Source of the DNA: Macrostomum lignano
Lineage: Eukaryota
Direction of reading: 5' to 3'
Assembly: GCA_002269645.1 (NCBI GenBank)
Contig: NIVC01004623.1
Location: forward strand, 1-40,340
Length of the DNA: 40,340 nt
Shown: piece by piece, positions 36,274 to 40,340 of the stretch
Numbering within the stretch: the first letter of the stretch is position 1
Layout of the letters: each line of letters starts with the position of its first letter
Notes under the pieces: generated by a model
The model's input: only the letters and a program-made list of their open reading frames with translations
Database searches by the model: none
What the model was told of the DNA's origin: nothing
Program-made: the position numbers and the translations under genes

Positions 36274-38215
36274 TCAATTAGCTGTCAACGACCTGACGTA
36301 GTTTCCGTAGGTTGGATAGGAGTGCTGACACACTGGCAGGTTGCGCGTAGTTTCGCCGTAGGTGTGACCGAAGTTGAACCTGCGCCTTGGCACGTAGCCA
36401 GTGTAGGCCGGCTTCATGCCCTCCTGCTGGTACACCCGGTTGCCGTCGAGGGCGACCGGCTCGCGGCCGCACGCCGGCCTGGCTGTTGCAACCCTGGCGC
36501 TACCGGATTTGGTCTCCGAATTGAACATCTCCAAGCCGTTGCGCGTCATCTCGTGATAGCGGCAGCCCAGGCCGGCTTGGGTTGTGTACACTCGGGAACG
36601 TAGCCCTGTAAGGTTTAGGCATCGACAGTAAAACTATAAGATGTTTTTATAGTGCTAAAAATTTGAAAAGTCCCTTCATATTGGGGCGACTCTGTAAACA
36701 CAGGGCCGGGGTGTCTTTGGTGAACACTTAGTTATCCCTTTGGAAATTGGTGTCTTAATGAAGATTGATGCGTCTGTGAAGATTGCGGTGGGTAGATTAT
36801 GGAAGATTTGGTGAAGTTTCTCTGGTAAAGTTTGGGTGTCTCTATAAAAACTGGTGTGCTTCTGGTGAAGATTGAGTGTCTCTGGTGAAGATTAGGATGT
36901 CTGGTGAAGATTAGGATGTCTGGTGAAGATTGGGACGTCTCTGGTGAAGATCAAGTGTCTCTGGTGAAGATTGGGATGTCTGGTGAAGATTGGGATGTCT
37001 CTGATAAAGATCAGGTGTCTCTGGTGAAGATTGGGTTGTCTCTGGTGAGGATTGGGTTGTCTCTGGTGTGAAGATTGGGTTGTCTCTGGTGAAGATTGGA
37101 TGTCTCTGGTAAAGAGCAGGTGTCTCTGGTGAAGATTGGGTGTCTCTGGTGAGGATTGGGTTGTCTCTGGTGTGAAGATTGGGTTGTCTCTGGTGAAGAT
37201 TGGATGTCTCTGGTAAAGAGCAGGTGTCTCTGGTGAAGATTGGGTGTCTCTGGTAAGGATTGGGTTGTCTCTGGTGTGAAGATTGGGTTGTCTCTGGTGA
37301 AGATTGGGATGTCTCTGGTAAATATCAGGTGTCTCTGGTGAAGATTGGTGTCTCTGGTGAGGATTGGGTTGTCTCTGTGTGAAGATGGGATTGTCTCTGG
37401 TGAAGACTGAGTGTCACTGTAAAGATTTTAATTGGTGTCTGTAAGAATACTGATCGAGATGCCTCTTTTAACGTTTGGATTTCCACTGAAGAGATTGCGA
37501 ATCGTGTGTAGAGAGATAAGTGCTTCTACGTAGATAATTATGTGCTCAACAGAGATAAATCTGAGTAAACAGGAATCGAATCATTACTCGCAAAGCATCA
37601 CAGCAAGTGTCCGAGTCAGTTTCACCTGGTATCCTGGAATTGGCGGCTCCAGATTCTGCCGTTTTCCATCGGCCCTGGGCTTCCTATCGGCCCAGAAGTT
37701 CAGGTGGTCCCTGACCGCCGGATCGCCTCGCAGCGACGCCAGCTGAGGAAAAGCGGTTGAGGCGCGCTTCAAATCGGTCGCTTTGTCCTCCCGGTGCTCG
37801 TAGTTGCGCACGAACTTCGTCCACGGACTCGTCGCACAGATTGCGATAGGTGCCCCGAATCGATTGATCAGAGTTGGCACGTAGCCAGTGTAGCCGGGCA
37901 GCATGCCGTCGATGTACTTGTTGTCGCCAGTCGACTTGGGCAGCCGAAGTCCCTGAGCTTCGGCTACTCCGCTTGCTGGCAGGCGGCGGAGGCGCCGCCT
38001 TTGCGAGCGTCCAGAGCGGCCCCGATGTCGACCATGCGCTTGTGAGGAAACGATTTGGACAGCTCGGCGGTCTGCTCGCCGTAGGTCTTGCCGGAGTTGA
38101 ACTTCAACTGGGGATTGAAGCCAGCGTAGCCTGGGATGTGGGAGCCAGGGCGGAGATTGACGAAGGCCCTGCGCTGCTCGATGGTTGGACCGCCACCGTA
38201 CTGCACCGTGGTCAT
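36274..38215 (-). CDS. FAM166/CIMIP2 (UPF0605) family ciliary microtubule inner protein; exons 38215-37626 and 36605-36274, several small indels
   Basis: Repeated PGY(T/A)G(Y/F)xP...G.TYG motifs (IPGYAGFNPQLKFNSGKTYG; MLPGYTGYVP; PIPGYQ|GYVP; PAYTGYVPRRRFNFGHTYG); GT donor at 37625, CAG acceptor ending at 36606. Confidence 0.85.
36860..37420 (+). repeat. 21-25-bp minisatellite (GGTGAAGATTGGG[A/T]TGTCTCT)n in the FAM166 intron
   Basis: Direct reading. Confidence 0.93.
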
Positions 38216-39434
38216 GCTGGACTGGCTTAAGCTTCTCTGGCAGCTGGCTATTGACGAAGAAAACAAACGCTTCTTCGGAAAAAAACTATGCCGTTAATTA
38301 ACTTTCAACGGTCTTCTGTGTTTTATCCTAACAAATTGAACCGGTGCAAAGCCCGGCATTTCGGTGAGTTTAAAATGCGACACACCAACCCCCCCTCATC
38401 TCAACAGGCGGCGGGCTAGAGGGCAAGGGGGGACACAGGCCGCTTCCAAGACGAAGGTTCCGGTCGCTAGGGGCAACCAACAGAGTAGAACGGTACGGCT
38501 TTTTTCGCGTTCAGAAGCTTTTGGCGTCGGTGTAGAGGGTTGAGTTTGGCTAAAACTGGTTGGTTTATTGGGGACTGGCTGGGCCTCGTTCTGTACTCCT
38601 CCGCCTCCTCCGCCTCCTCTCCATCTTTTGCCGTCGTCTCGGGTTTTAAGAAACTGAGAAGCTGGCAGACATATTGACTTGCTCAGTAAGAGATAGGCAG
38701 AAACGGGCTCTGGGTACGGGAGGCTGAAATGGTAGAGCAATGGAGGGCTGAGACAGACAGACAGACAGAAAGAAATACGATCGACCTTGTGGGGTGGTGG
38801 TTTAGGCAGTTTAGCTTCTTAAAATGTTTTCTCTAATAGCTCTCTATCTTCTCTATTTATCTCTCATCTACGCTCCCTCATTTGTGCAGGTGCAATTTCT
38901 ACCTTCAAAAAACCATCTCAGTCGCTTAAAACACCGTTGCTCTAGGCACTATAGGACTATAGTTAATTGCATATCTCTTCGATATAGAGACCTAATGACA
39001 AGTGTGCTGCAGAGGGTGTGTGTGTGTGTACACATTTAATAGAGATAGCTCGCACTGCTTGACGTACTCCTCCAGTGTTCTCGCTTTTCTCACGCAGAAT
39101 CTGCACCGGTGGTGGCCTCCCTCTATCATCTATAGTTTTAAAGTATATAGCAAGTTATAAGATTGAAGATTTTTGAAAAAAAAAGTTTTGAATTTTGATA
39201 TAAAAGATCTGTCTGTGTGTTATGTATTAATGAAAATATGCTTTCTTTACTGGTAGTGCACGCCAAAAAGTGATATCTATATAGGAAAATGGTAGTTGGG
39301 AAATTGATAAAATGCTATTAGGGATAGATACTGCTGATAATTAGCATAATTTCTAATATTTCACTAATATTAGCTGTTAAGCTACTTCAAGTAGAGAAGT
39401 ATGTAGCATTCCTGCGATCATAGCCGTAAAATAC

Positions 39435-39520
39435 TATTTACTAATATTTACTATTACTATTAATTACTACTATTACTATTACTAATACTATTTACTATAT
39501 TAGTATTACTATAATACTAA
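39435..39520 (+). repeat. Low-complexity (TAC/TAT)n tract
   Basis: Direct reading. Confidence 0.8.
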
Positions 39521-40340
39521 CACTCACTTAAGTAAAACAAAAATGTATTTGCGTTGAATTTGCAAGTTTGATAGAAAAGTCTGGCAATGAAGCGATAAAA
39601 AACGATAGAAATATTTCCATTCTCGTTTAATGCACTTCCAAAGCGAACTGGGCCGTTTTAATAAATTCTTCTCATAAATCTAAAGTTTTAGCTCTAGTCT
39701 TAAGCCGATATTGTCGTTTAAAGAAAGCATTTGATCATCTTGAATACTATCACCATTTCTAAAACTATTCTTAATCTCGAAGTAAGGAGTTAAAAAAACA
39801 TTTCTAAGAAAGCAACCGTCCAGTCATTTTTTGGTACATCTGGTTGTCCTTGGAAAGCTGTCTTGCAATAGTTCCATGCATAAACATAAGGTGGAATAAC
39901 TAACGCAGAGTCAAATCGGAAGATAGCCAAGAAGCAGCGGAGCAGAAATTCAATTTACAATTTCATGGTAATGTCACAAAGAATTCGGGTAAAAGGCAGC
40001 ATTTTAAATGACTTCTATAGGTTTAAACGAATACGCGTTTAATTAGCTAAACTAGAATGCTGCAGAATTTCGCCGTCTGTTTTCCGCCACTGATAATTGG
40101 CGCTCGTCGCGTAGCGTCCGGAGTTCGACTCCTACTGCGAACGGCGTGCCGCTTGGCAACTGAGAAAATGGGCATAGAGGTTCGAGCATTAGTGCCATGA
40201 AACAACAAGTGGTAGAGTGTCCAAGATCTTTCTCTGTGCGCTCGTATAAATAGTATTTTTGCTGATTTAGGTAGGTCACTGAAGACCAGGAAGGATATTC
40301 GAAGGTACTGAAGAGCAGAAGGATATTGGAAGGTCACTGA

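Noticed and set aside
34968-37420. Regular repeats resembling CRISPR arrays
   Set aside because: Head-to-tail minisatellites with no unique spacers, no cas genes, eukaryotic context.
40047-40337. Minus-strand ORFs at the window end as a host exon
   Set aside because: No recognisable motif, partly a short tandem repeat, truncated by the window edge.

Overview
Eukaryotic (invertebrate) genomic DNA. A Macrostomum-like flatworm is my inference from the ankyrin+Mab-21 gene type, not proven. Bases 1-13404 are the right-hand part of an AT-rich Polinton/Maverick (polintovirus/adintovirus-like) element. It carries the packaging-ATPase C-terminus, minor capsid, adenain protease, a two-lectin fibre, an intact 1327-aa protein-primed PolB, adenovirus pX/pVI-like precursors and an intron-containing terminal gene, and ends in ...CCTACTACT. 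Unannotated structure in the element includes a family of sequence-variable but structure-conserved double hairpins, TATAAAA(A)TG motifs abutting start codons, and a terminal fold-back with a 148-nt cytosine-free stretch. Downstream are a 743-bp MITE with an 8-bp TSD, then a full-length LOA-like LINE and a Neptune-like Penelope element (with hammerhead ribozyme), both sitting in (TATC)n with the same polarity. Further on are an ankyrin-repeat cGAS-like (Mab-21) gene, a FAM166/CIMIP2-family ciliary gene and several minisatellites. Many frameshifts fall in homopolymers, even in a conserved host gene, so they may be long-read assembly errors. The major capsid, integrase and left TIR are not in the window.
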